A program made the translations under genes and the position numbers. Of a stretch of DNA of 64,000 nt, positions 26,221 through 38,800 are shown piece after piece. Source of the DNA: Vitrella brassicaformis CCMP3155 (taxonomy: Eukaryota; Protista; Chromerida); NCBI GenBank assembly GCA_001179505.1, contig CDMY01000266.1, positions 1 through 64,000 on the forward strand. Direction: 5' to 3'. Position 1 is the stretch's first letter; every line of letters begins with the position of its first letter. The notes beneath the pieces are model-generated. The model made no database searches and was not told the DNA's origin. It worked only from the letters and a program-made list of their open reading frames with translations.

Positions 26221-26966
26221 TCATCTCCTAGACTTGTTTGCGCCGAGGATGTCTTTGCCCGAGGTGGGCTTCGGTATGAATTTTGGGGGTCGGGGCCGCT
26301 TGATAGGCACAGCCGGGCGAGTGTTGCGCGGATCTGACAAACACACACAGACGATAGAAGCCATCGGCTTGTGCGTGCGCCCCTCCCTCCCTCCGTCCCT
26401 CTCCCCGGATTGCGTACAGCAGGTGAATACTCCTCGTGTGCTCCACTTGCACTCGCCCGAGCAGCACTGTGAGGTGAGTTCGCATCGGCCCCCGGTGGCA
26501 GTGCAGGCCGGGTTGCGCGGGTCAGGGACGTCCCGCGGCAAGGTAGGGGACGGAGGGGCAGCGGGGCTGTCGCCGCTGTCGGAACCTGCACACACATACA
26601 CACACACACACACACACAAGTGCAACCAAGACTGCAGTGGCCACACGTGTGGCGGGGTGGGCCGGACAGGCGGTACATTGCTGCCTTGGTGTTGGCGCAC
26701 CTTCAGGGCAGAGGAGGCATGACGACGCAAGGCAGCTCTGTGTGCCGCTGGTGCAGTACTCGACGACACCTGCGATCACCAAACGGACAGGCACAGTCAC
26801 AGTCAGCGGACCTGCGGCGGTCACCGTTGTGTGTACCTGAGCAGAGTCGGCCTGTTTTGCACTTGCAGGCCGCCTCGGAATTGGTGCACGTCTGCTGCGC
26901 CTGGGCCACCAGCACCCAAGCTGAAGTGGCGAGGACCAGAAGCAGGAAGGCCTTGCCAGTCACCAT
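26221..26966 (-). CDS. Small secreted cysteine-rich protein with a knottin (C-C-CC-C-C) module
   Basis: Four exons: signal peptide MVTGKAFLLLVLATSAWVLVAQA, an 8-Cys domain, a Pro-rich linker, CTATGGRCELTSQCCSGECKWSTRGVFTC and a basic Pro-rich tail YPRNTRPAVPIKRPRPPKFIPKPTSGKDILGANKSRR*. Confidence 0.8.
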
Positions 26967-27538
26967 CTTGGCCCTGCGGACGAAGGGACGGCTGGACGGA
27001 ACAAGGGCAGCACGGAGGGGCCGGGGGGAAGGGGAGAAAGATAAAGGAGGAAAAGACTGCAAACGACCGAACAAACGGCTGATTCGATCCACGAGACACG
27101 ACTTTTTCAGTGCTGGGAGCTGGCACCCACGGGCACAGAATCATCTGCATCCGGCCACCACTGCGGATCATATCAGCCGGCTGCAGGACCGAATGCGTTC
27201 ATTTGCAAAGCCTGACGAGTCTTTCACCTTTTTGAGGGCTGAAGACGACAACTGAGGACTGCAGCACTCACCGCGGGCACTCGAGGACGCCACAGATGGT
27301 TCAAGAGGCAACTTGAATGCGCGGGAGTCGTGTGAACGAACGAACGATCAGTGCGAGCTTCGTAGCGACAGTTTTTGACTTTCGCGTTGCTTTTGCTCGT
27401 TTCTAGGCAGCGGGCTCTTTGCAATCGCTACCCGTTCCGCTGTGCTTCCGCGGAGCTGCTGCATGCCACCCGGCCAGAGCCTCAGAATTGTGCATTCTCT
27501 CGTGTGAGTGAGCCGTCGAGGCATCCCATCCGTCAGTC

Positions 27539-28367
27539 ATGTCGGCAGGGGAACTGGAAATGGGCTGGTCACAAGACCCGACCATGTACACCAAGTACCA
27601 CGTGTTGACGACGCTCGGCAGCGGAAGCTACGGCAAGGTGGTTGAGGCCGTCAAGAAGGCGGCACCGGGAGCTGCCGGCGATGGCGCTGGTGCCACCGAA
27701 GGTAGCGCTGCGTATGGCAGCACCAAGAGCAAGAAACACACTGAGGAGCACAGGGCCATCAAGCTCCAGGTAGGTACAGACGCACACAGGGGGAGGCCGA
27801 GGATGGGATGCATGCGTTGACATGACGGGGATCATGGGCTGGTTCTTCTTCTCTGCCGTTTGTGCTGCCTGCAGGACTTCTCCACTTCTCGCCCTGGAAT
27901 CACCGAGGAGCAGCTGCGCGACGTCGTAAGCCGACCCACCACACACCACTCAGACAAATCAATTCACACCACATCAGGCACCATCCCCCATCCCCCACCC
28001 CTGTGTTGTGTGTTGTGTGATGTGTTGGTGTGGTGGTGCAGTCGATGTTGCAGATGATGGATCACCCCAACGTGGTCAAGGTGTACGAGTCATGGCTCGA
28101 TGCTGAGCAGCGCCGATTGTACATGGCCATGGAGCTGGCTGCACACGGCGACCTCTACCGCTTCATGCGCAACGTCCGCAACGTACCCGACCCCGACAAC
28201 CCAGGACAGACCGTAACCACACACACACAGACAGTGGGCGGACGGATGTGAAGATGTGGTGTGGTGTGTTGCAGATGGAAATCTACGTGCGCAAGGTGTT
28301 GAAGCCCAAGCAGGTCAAGCGTTTCATGTTTCAGGTAGGTGACGACCACCACACCACACCATACGTC

Positions 28368-28400
<33 letters not shown>

Positions 28401-29134
28401 CAGATTTTGTTGGGTTTGGCCTACATGCACCTCAAACGTGTGGTGCATCGCGACCTCAAGGTGGGTCGCTCACACAACACAAGACAAGACCCACACACAG
28501 GATGCCACACCCCTCACACACATGTCCCCTCCTCCCGTCTTGATGCTGTTGGTGCGTGCAGCCTGCCAACATCCTGGTGGCTGGCAGGAAGGGCCGGTAC
28601 GCACGCACACACACGCGCGCGCACGCACCCCAAACAGGAAGCCTGAGATCATTCAAGTGCTCCGGTTGCTGTGTGTGGTGTGGTCGACAGTGAGTTGCTG
28701 AAGTTGACGGACTTCGGTCATGCCCGGCAGATCGAAGGCTGGCCACTCATGAACCACTCGGTAGGTACACATGCCCACTCCACCACTCACTGAACACCAC
28801 AGACGCACCAAAACCCCGTGTGTGATGGTGGTTCGTTTGTGTCAGGACCCCAAGTATTTGGGTACGTCAGGTTACCGCGGCCCTGAGTTGATCCTCGGCA
28901 TGCGAAAGTACGGCGGCGGAGGCGACATCTGGGCCGCTGGTAGGTAGACCCTGACTGACCCACACACCTACCCACAACACTTCACCTGCCCACACACGCT
29001 TCGTTTGTGTGTTGTGTGTTGTGCGTTGTGTGTCAGGGTGCATCTTCCTGGAGTTGGCGACCGGCGCGCGGCCCTTCCGCGTAGGCAAAGACACACACAC
29101 ATGCGCAGAAGGCCGGTGTGTGCATGGTCCATCC

Positions 29135-29167
<33 letters not shown>

Positions 29168-29882
29168 TGTGTGCAGGACAGCACCGAGTACGGTTCGTTG
29201 ATCAAGATGATTCGCGTGTTAGGTTTGCCGCCTAAGGAGGAGTTGAAGAAGCTCAACATGGAGACGTACAACCGCATGGTAACTCCCTACTCACCTGCAC
29301 ACACACACACACAGCCATCCATCCATCCATCTCTATCTCTCTCTCTCTGTGTGTGTTGCGTTGGATGTGTGTGCATTAGTGTCACACGTTGCCGCACGTG
29401 GCCCAGAAGCCCCGCGATGAGGTGAAGACCGCCCTGCGTGAGGTCATCGACGACGTGCGGGTGCCAATGCCCGACGACGAACAGTTCAGCCTACTCTTCG
29501 AGTCCGTGAGCCCCCCCCCCCGCCCCTCCCCCACANNNNNNNNNNNNNNNNNNNNNNNNNNNNNNNNNNNNNNNNNNNNNNNNNNNNNNNNNNNNNNNNN
29601 NNNNNNNNNNNNNNNNNNNNNNNNNNNNNNNNNNNNNNNNNNNNNNNNNNNNNNNNNNNNNNNNNNNNNNNNNNNNNNNNNNNNNNNNNNNNNNNNNNNN
29701 NNNNNNNNNNNNNNNNNNNNNNNNNNNNNNNNNNNNNNNNNNNNNNNNNNNNNNNNNNNNNNNNNNNNNNNNNNNNNNNNNNNNNNNNNNNNNNNNNNNN
29801 NNNNNNNNNNNNNNNNNNNNNNNNNNNNNNNNNNNCCCCCGCCCCTCCCCCACACACACGCACCACGCATCACTGTCCCTGT

Positions 29883-29917
<35 letters not shown>

Positions 29918-30347
29918 CTGTGGCGTTTCAACCCCAACGAGCGTTTGACGGCCCACGAGGCACTCAACCACCCCTACTTCGATGACCTAGACAAATCCGT
30001 AAGCACGCAACACACAACACCCCACAGACAGACAGACAGACAGACAGCGACCCAGCCCAACACACCTTTATTTGACACACACACCTTCCCTCCCTCTGTG
30101 TGTGCAGGAGTTCACTCACTGGGGGCACGACCTGGGCTTCACCTTCAACCGCCCCACCCCGGACGCCGAGGCGGACAAGCCGCGCTACGAACTCCGCAGC
30201 CGCAAGGTGCGCAAGGCCGACCAGGAGCTCCAGCGCCCCAGCAAGAAAATCAAGATCGAGACCGAGGAGATCCACCTGGGCAGCGCAGCCGCATCCTCCA
30301 TGGCCAAGCCCAAGGACAACCACCGGAAGAAACGCAAGGCGCACTGA
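27539..30347 (+). CDS. Ser/Thr protein kinase, divergent CMGC group (CDK/GSK3/MAPK-like)
   Basis: LGSGSYGKV, RAIKLQ, DHPNVVKVYE, LYMAMEL, VVHRDLK/PANIL, LKLTDFGHAR, GTSGYRGPELILG, DIWAA/GCIFLEL, IRVLGLP, RFNPNERLTAHEALNHPYFD and a basic tail (RKKRK). An N gap lies in an intron. Confidence 0.93.
29536..29835. other. Assembly gap (300 N)
   Basis: Run of N flanked on both sides by the same C-rich string cccccgcccctccccca. Confidence 0.99.
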
Positions 30348-31339
30348 CTGACTGACCGGCCGACCATTGGATGCGGTGCGGCGCGGTGCGGCGTGTGCGT
30401 GAGTGAGGTGTGCGTGAGTGGCTTGTCAGGCGTGTGCTGATGGGGTGTGTGGTGGTGGTGGTGGACGGATGTAGCAATCTGATAGCTGAGAGAGGCCACA
30501 CAGACAGACAAGACAAACAAGACAGACAGACGACAGACACGCCACGGCACGCCTAGAGAGCTGCCCAGTGGTCGGTAAGTCGGTCCGTCAGTCGGTCGGC
30601 TGATTCCTTCCTTGGTTGGTCGAGCTGCCTGCCTGCCTGCCGGAGGAGTGGGATGCGTTCATGGGTGCATGGTGTGGTGGGTGTCTCGTCTCTCTCGTGC
30701 GTTGGTGCATGGTGGGCGTACCTTACATACCTGCTGCAGACATGGATGGCGTGGAGTGGAGGGGGCGAGCGGAGCCAGTGACACACCGGATGATTGGCTG
30801 ACGGACTGACGGACCGGCTGCTGGCTGGCCACTGGGCGGACTGGCTGGCTGGGCGGGGTGTGTGTGTGTTTGATGACGTGTGCGCTGTCGTGTCGTGAGT
30901 GAAGTGGACTAAGTGGCCTGGCCGACCCCCTCCCCCCTCCCCCCCTCTCTCTATCTCTCTCTCTGTGGCTCTACTCTCCCTCTCTCTCTCTCCGCCCTCT
31001 CTCTCTCACTCTCTGCGGTGCTTAGCTTCGAGATGTGTGCCTCAGCCGCCCTCAGTCTGCTGATGGTTGCGCTGGTACACACACAGACATCCACACAAGA
31101 CAGACAGACAGACGTAGCGACAGACAGACAGAGATAAAGACCGACCGACAGACAGACAGACTCTCTCAGAATTCGTGCAGGCCCGCCCGCTTTCCCCTGC
31201 CTGCCTGCCTCTGGGTGTCGTGGATGGCACCTGTACATAATATTCTAGTCAATTGCGTGTTTGTGTGTGTGTGCAAATGGATGGTTTGGCTGGCTCGGTC
31301 CTGGCTGGCTGTGCGGGCTCGTAGTACATCAGATGGATG

Positions 31340-32360
31340 GATGGCGTGTATGGAGCGAGGGGGGAAGGGACGTGTATGTGTGTGTGCGTGGTGGACGGAT
31401 GTGTGTGTCGGTTGTCTGGTTGGCCTGGCCGAGTGGTGGCATGCGGATGCCTGGATGGATGGATGGATCTGCTTGTGCTCACGGAATGGCTGGCGTGTCA
31501 GTTGTCTGTCATCCATCTTCTTTTTGGAGAAGGAATGGCTGTCGTGGTTTGTCGGTCGGTCTGTTTTCTCACCGCAGCGCATTCCCTCGCCAATCAGTCC
31601 ACTGCTGCTCTGACCTTGCCGTTTCTCAGAAGTAGCGGGGGATCGATGGGCAGCGGTGGACGGGCCGGGCGGGGCAATGCAATCCATGCATTGCGTGTCG
31701 TGTTGTGTTTGGGTTGATTCGATTCCCCCCCACCCGTCGTACTACAGTCAGTCAGCCCATCACTGCTTTTTGCCTTCCTCTGGCCGCTTCTTTGAAGAGC
31801 TGAGGAGAGGGCAGTGATGCACACAAATACAGTCGGTCGGATGGAGGGAGGGACGGTTGGGTGGTGTCGTGGGGGTGGGTGGTGTCGTGGGGTTCTCTTC
31901 TGTCGTCGTCGGTCGATCGGTCCGTTTCTCCGTCTTTTGTTTCTCATCGGGCGGGCTGTCAGTCAGGGGATCGCAGCGTGTCAGTTTTTCTTTTTGCCAT
32001 TTTGTCGACTGTGTTGGTACCTCCCCACACCGCCTTACTACAGTCAGCCCGTTACTGCTGTCTTCCTTCTCTGGCCGCGCCGTCGGCGAGCTGAGGAGAG
32101 GGGCAGTAATGGAGACAATGCACGGGGAGGGGAGGGGGTTGGTCGGTGGGTCGGATGGAGTGCCGCGTATGGTGTCGTGGGGTTCTTTTTGTCGTCGTGA
32201 CCGATCGGTTCGTTTCTGCATCTTTTGTTTGGCGTGTGTGCAGCGAGGGGGGAAGGGACGTGTGTGTGTGTATGGTGGTTGGATGTGTGTGTGTTGGTGT
32301 GGTTGGCCTGGCCGAGTGGTGGAATGCGGATGCCTGGATGGATCTGTCTGTGGTCACGAT
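31340..32360. repeat. Degenerate interleaved intergenic repeats (A-B-B-A)
   Basis: Unit A (gcgaggggggaagggacgtgt...ggttggcctggccgagtggtgg.atgcggatgcctggatgga) at ~31345 and ~32235; unit B (actacagtcag...ctgaggagagg...ggtgtcgtggggttct...tcttttgttt) at ~31740 and ~32037. Confidence 0.8.
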
Positions 32361-32975
32361 GGATGGATTGATGGACGGATGTGTGTGTGTGTGGCTGATG
32401 GCCGGTGGGTGACATTGATTCGGACACACCAATGGGACTCTTAGATAGAAGATGACGTGAACCAGACCAGCTCTCCAGACACATACATAGCCAAGTACTC
32501 AATTAATGTCACTAATGTCCATCCATCCGCGAATATAAAGGGGCCTGCAAGGCAACTCTAAGCCACAAGTGCCACACACTCTGAACAAATGCATCTATAG
32601 AGAGAGAGAGAGACATAATCTGTCTGACACCCACAAATCGATCTTGTTTGTATAGACACCCACAAATCAGTCGATCGATGCCTTCTGGCACGCCAGCCAC
32701 ACGTGGCTGCAGACAAACACTTTGGTGTACGTGGGGTGGACGTGGCCGTACGTCAATCTATCTACTGCTACAGTACAGTACAAGGGTTGCTCTGGCCGGA
32801 TATCGAATCAAGTGAGTCACCATGCCATGCGCCGCTCTTGTGCACGCGACAGATAATCCTTGAGTGAAAGCGCCGAGGCACACATAATCTATCTGACACC
32901 CACAAATCCAAAGGTCCCTCCATCTCACATGAACGTAATGGAGACAGACAGCCATCTTCGTTCGTTGTCATTAAT

Positions 32976-35755
32976 TCAGTCCAGCCACCATCGGTGGACC
33001 ACTTCTTTCTCCTCGCCCCACTGGGTGGTCTCGAGCACATAGTTGGGGTGCAACGGAATGTGCGGCACATGCCAGCTCCCCGCATCTGCACACACACACA
33101 CACACACACATCTATTCATCCGGTGTCTGTCTGCCGGCCTGCCATTTGCCACATAAATACATACCACACATGGCGTATATTGCCTGGTTCTCCCCGACGG
33201 TTCCTCCCTTTTCCGTCTTCTCTGGCCGCCCCGAGCCGTCCACGGCCCCCCACCTCATGAGCCCAAACTCGATGGCCACCCAAGTGCCCTCGCCATACAG
33301 CCGGTGCTTGCAGTACGGATCGCTCTCTACCTGAAAGACACACACGAAACACAAGGAGGGAGGGAGGGAGGGAGGGAGGAAGGGAGGAGACATACCTTGG
33401 TTTGGGCGTGTGGGTTTCTGCGAGGCATCCGTCTGCCCTGCCAGCAGTTCCACATGTCGCAGCAGCCCGGCCCCCAGATGGCGAATAGGTTGGCCATGGG
33501 GAACTTGTTCTTGCCGACGTTCTTCTCGAACAGCTTGCAGGGCGTCCCCCACGGCCCCCCCACACTGGTGGTGTCCGGTTTCTCCCGGAACATGTCCACG
33601 AAGCGGGAGCCCTTGATTGGGCCAGAGGCCTCATTGAAGGGCATGGGCTCGGGGGCAGTGGCGTTGAGCAGAGCTATGAGCTCCTCCTGCTCTTCCTGTA
33701 GCTTCGCGAGCCTCTCTTGATACTCGGCATACTTATCTGGACTGATCAAGGGGTTCTTTAGCATCTCTTTGACGCGCTCCTCCTCCTGTCTTGTGGCCTT
33801 GAGCTGAACGCCGTGGAGCCGGCGCTTGAAGGAGGCCTTGCTCTTTTCCTGTTGCTTTTCCTTACCTGCATCATTTTTCCACCAGTCCTCCGGCAATGGG
33901 CTGTACTTGCTCTCCTCAATGAACGCAGCAGGCTGACCATGAGCACCAAGGGGTGTCCCATCTGAAGAAGAACTGTAGTAGGTCAGGATGGCACCCCTGC
34001 TGCTGCTGCTGCTGTCGTCCTCGTCGCCATGTGTCCACTGTGAGACGGTGTACCCCAGCTCTGTCGTGCCCTTGACCAGCAGCCTCACAGGCGTTGGCGC
34101 CGTGTGCAACGCCATGCGGGCAGTAGACAAGGGCTCAAGGATCGACGCCTCCTGGCCAAGAACCACTGTGCGGGTCCGCTTGCGCCCCGGTGTGGCGGTC
34201 TCGAAAAGATAGTCAGGCTCCATGTCTCTGTCTGGTGTCAACAGATCGGGAGACGCAGAAGGGCCGCGGCCATGCTGGACCATCATCTCGCCACTCAGCA
34301 GCAGTAGGGGAGGCGTCTCTCCCGCGTCATACTGTGAAGTCGACGAGCCACTTGTTGTGGAAGGGGGTCCGTGATGGCGCTTGACGTGGTCGCGTATATA
34401 CCGGAGCTCGCGAAGGACGGCGTCAGGCGGCATCATGTTGGCCGCCACAAGGGGTTGCGACGGCGCCGCCACCTCGACAAGGATCGGGTGCTGGAGATGG
34501 GGATGGACGCGGTCGGCTCTCGCGTTCATAGATGCGAGACGGCGGCTCTCAACCTGGCACGATGCCACCCTTCCTCCTCCTTCGGCCAGATGTCGTCTGT
34601 TCGCCTCCTGTGTCTCCGACAGGTGGACGGCCAGCACCAGTGCAGCCACGGGGGGAGGGGAGGGGGCAGAGGCAGAGACGTTCGTATTGTGGGTGGAGGC
34701 CCGTGAGACCTCCTTGTCGTTGCAAATCCACACATCCACGAGTGCGTCGTTGATCTGGGAGCCGAAACCAGCTACGGGGGCGAGCCGACGGCCCTCACGG
34801 TCTTCCACGAGGGCAAGAGCCAATTGGGAGGAAAGTGGCTGTCTCTTGTCGACGGGCATTGGGACAGGCGGCCACTGGACCATCTCCCGGTCAGGCGCTC
34901 TCCGTCTCTTTCTTCCTTTTTCTTTTGTAGGTCTCTCAGCCACAAAGACCACACCCATGGGAAGCTCCGAGGCGTTCTCGCTGCTCGACAGCAGCTGAGG
35001 CAGCATGTGTCTCTGCCACAAGAGGCCGTGTGTGGTGTTCGCCACTTGCTGCTGTGCCTGGAGCGCCTCAAGGGTCAGCAGCGGCACCGTGCTGCGAGAC
35101 AAAGCCGACAAAGACGCGAGGAACGGCGGCATTGTCGACCCACTATGCACCGGGGGCTCTGCCGGCGGTCCATCAGCCTCGTTGATCGGCGCTGGCATGG
35201 CCTCTGCTCTAACATTGCTGTGACGGGCCCCTGTAGAGCTTTCCCTTGGTCGTCGGCTGTCGATCTCCCTCTCGACATAAGGCAACAGATCCAGGGGGCC
35301 GCCATGGGGCGTCAGAAAGGGGGAAAAGAGCACCACCGGCGTCAGGCTGACCCACGGGCCTCCTGCTGCCGTCGGCTGCGGCGCACCACCCCGAGACATT
35401 TCCGTCTCGACATAGGTCCGTTTGGCCTTCTCGATGGCCGCTGATGGGGCAGCTCTCGTCTCGGGTGCCTGGCAGTCACCCTGTTGCTGGCCCCAGGGCG
35501 CACTGGCGCAGGTGGCGTTCATGTGGCTGGGGTGGGCCGTGTGCTGTGAATCCGAGAGCTGAAGGAGGCTAGGTGTGGCGCCGGTGGCTTTGAAAAGGCC
35601 GGAGTTTTTGTCGCACCCAGTGGCTGCTGGTGTGCTGTTTGCGAAGACCCTCTCCTTCAGCATGGGGCTGTCGTATATGTTGAAGGACCCCGTGCACCCA
35701 GCTGCAATGGCATGGCATGGCATGGCATGGGATGGGATGCAGCACATCTGCGTCA

Positions 35756-35806
<51 letters not shown>

Positions 35807-38800
35807 ACGTCTGCATCTCAGCTGTAGGTCGCTCCACTTGCCGTCGAGGCAGCGCAGCTCGCCGATCTGTCCCCCGTGGTATGTGTCGTAAAACATGGTG
35901 GGATAGTCCTCCGACATCCGGGGTGCGAACCGGGCACGCCAGTCGCATACCACCACATGGATATCACCAGGCTGCAAAACAGACAGACAGACAGACAGCC
36001 ACACCCCACACAAAATCTCTTGATTCGCATTGCTATGACGGCAGGCGAGGCGCACCTTTCGGGCAAACAAGTGTGTCTCTTCGGAGTCGACTTCGGCAAA
36101 GCTCTTGCCCAGAGCCCTCTCCGTTGCTGTGTCCGGCTGGAATATCGACTGCAGGATGCGGTAGGGCGAGAGGGCGCCCCACATGTCTCTGCACGCCTCA
36201 CGCGCACAGTACCTGAGATCAACCTGACTCACGGGCCTGGAGGGGCTCAGGGGCTTCATCTCCGCCACTCCCTCCACGAACGCAGTGGCGGTATTGTTGG
36301 AGTCCTTGCCATAGAGCGCCGCCGTGTCTTCGGGGTACTTTTTCTTGTAGCCTTCAATGATCTCTTTGTCCGTCTCTGTCGCGTTTGGCATCACCTCTCG
36401 CTCAAATTCCTCTGTGTTGTTGGGTTTGGTGCCTTCGAATTTCTGCTTGAAGCGGGCGGGTGCGGGGGCGTCCCCGACACGCCTGCGTCGCTCGGCGGCG
36501 AATTGTGTGAAGGGGTAGCAGACGTCTTCTTTGTTGTTGGGCGAGAGGTTCTCGTGGTACTCTTCGCAGAGCTCCTGCAGCTGCTTCCATACCGGCGGAC
36601 ACACATCTGCAGACAGACGCCCATCCCATCCACCCGTCGAGAAGGCACACCCCACCTGTATGTGTGTGTCGCATTTCTGCTCACGCTGGCACTTGAGTGG
36701 TGGTGCGGACCAGACGCCGTCTCTGCACGTGACTATGGCGTACTTCTCGTCTGTCTGGGAGTCGGTCATTACGCCCTCGGCGTCGATCGCCCACCATCCC
36801 CTTCGGTGACCCTTGTACTCACCAGCCAGATCACTGCACGCGCACACATACGGGTCACAGAGACATCAGCCACCACAAACACTGGCGCCGGTACCGTTTC
36901 GCATTGCAGAAGAGCCTTCTCGTCACGCCATGGGGCAGCGTGGCGGCTCCCTCCTCAGTACGTGCCCCCCGCTGGCTCATGGCGGTCTGTATGACGGCAT
37001 GCTTCGGGATGTCCACCTCCAGCATGTGAGCCTCTGGCGGCCTGGGCTTCAGGAACTCGGCACACTTGCCTGCAGAACAAACAAGACAGGAGCCATGCAT
37101 GTCTCGATGGATGTATGTGTGTGTGGATGTTTTGGCTGGCTGACGGTAGCAGTAGAGTTCTCTGCCGGACCAGTGCCCGTCTTCGCATACGACGATGTCC
37201 ACTGGGTCGATCTTGAACCAGTCGACCTCTGTGTTGTCGCCCTCCTCGCCCACCCAGGGGCGGGTGAACTCCTCTTCGGGACCCGACAGACGCTCCACTT
37301 GCTGACAAATCGACACACGGACACACACACAGGTGATGGAGACACACACGTGTCTGTGTGTGTGTGTGTACTGCCGAGTGTGTCTTTTGGCATTTGAATC
37401 GCCGCTGTGTGCCGTGGTAGACGACCGCCTGGTCGTTGGTGAGCTCCTCCTCCTGCAGAGCATACCCCCCGCCGGCAGTCATGTTCAGCTCCAACCGCAC
37501 GTCGTTCAAACACGCCTCTGCGCCAAACAAGACAACACACACAGGTGTTCATCACCCAAGCTTGCGGCAAGCAGTAGCAGCTGATTACTTTTGCAGCTGA
37601 GAGGCATCATGTTGGTCTTCATGATAGATGGGACAGTCCAGTTGCCGTCGTAGCAGACGAAGGTCATGCGGGCCCGGGGGTCCCCGTTGTGGAAGTACAT
37701 GCGGTCGGTGCGGCAGTCTATCTCCACTCGCGCGTTGTGCACCGCAGGAACCTCCCACTTGTGCAGACGCACCTCCGCTACAGCTGCACACACACACACA
37801 CACACACATCGACACTCTCCATCCCTCTCTCTCTCTCTCCCTCTCTCTTTTCTTGAGGTTACGTGTGAAGTTGTAAGGCTGGCCCGGCACGGTTGCGGTG
37901 CAATTCTGGTCATCAGGGTCGCCGAATAGGAAGAAGCCCTCGGTGTTGACCTTCACACTGGTGCCGGGGTTCCCACCGTGCGGCAGTCCACCTTGTGGTC
38001 GGCGTAGTTCCAGGAGCAGACGTACTCGTAGTCGGTCGCATTCAGCACATTCTTGGTCGTGGCTGTGTGGTTGCCACTGTCGCCCCCTCCTGCTAATGCG
38101 TTGTGCGCCTCCCTCCCCTGTCTGTGCAGCAGCCCGCATTGTTCAGTGGGGGGTGGTCTTGCGCTTGTGGATGCGTGTGGTGTTGCACTCGGTGGTGTCC
38201 CACAGGGTGATCATGGTCTCCTCCCCTGTCTCCGTCACGTTGGGCAGCATGAGGGTGGTGCAGGTCACTGTGTGGTCGGAGTAGCGGAACTCACACCGCC
38301 ACTCGTGGCTGAGCGTGTCGTTGGCCCCGTGTGTCGCCTCTTTGCACCGTGGACGCACCGTCGCATGGACAAAGAAGTCCTCCTCCTTACCTACAGAAAA
38401 AGAGAGACAGTCCGTGTGTGTGTGTGTGTGTGTATGTGTGTGTCAGGTGAGTGACCTGTGTGTGGGTCTGATCCACCCGGTGGCTCCCATGCCGATGGGC
38501 AACCCCTCAGGGGCTGTCTCGTTGGTGCCCTTGATGGGCTCGTCGGGCGGCGGCGTGGGGATCACCGGCTCCGCGTCTGAAAAGCACAACATGACACGAG
38601 AGACACGAGGCCCTCTCTCGTGCTCGCCGTGCGGTGAGAGGGTTGTGTTTACCCTGTTTGTCGAACCAGTTGTAGCGCTCAACGTCGAGGGATATCACCC
38701 GGTCCGCACGGGGGCAATTTTCTGAACACATAATCACATCAGGAGCTCGGAATACTCACCACCACCATGGACGGGACGTGCTTTGATCTGCTTACTGAAG

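Noticed and set aside
29513-29852. Identical C-rich strings on both sides of the N gap, like a direct repeat or target-site duplication
   Set aside because: Typical of an assembler failing at a G/C homopolymer; the contig ends probably overlap. Long ORFs through the Ns are artefacts.
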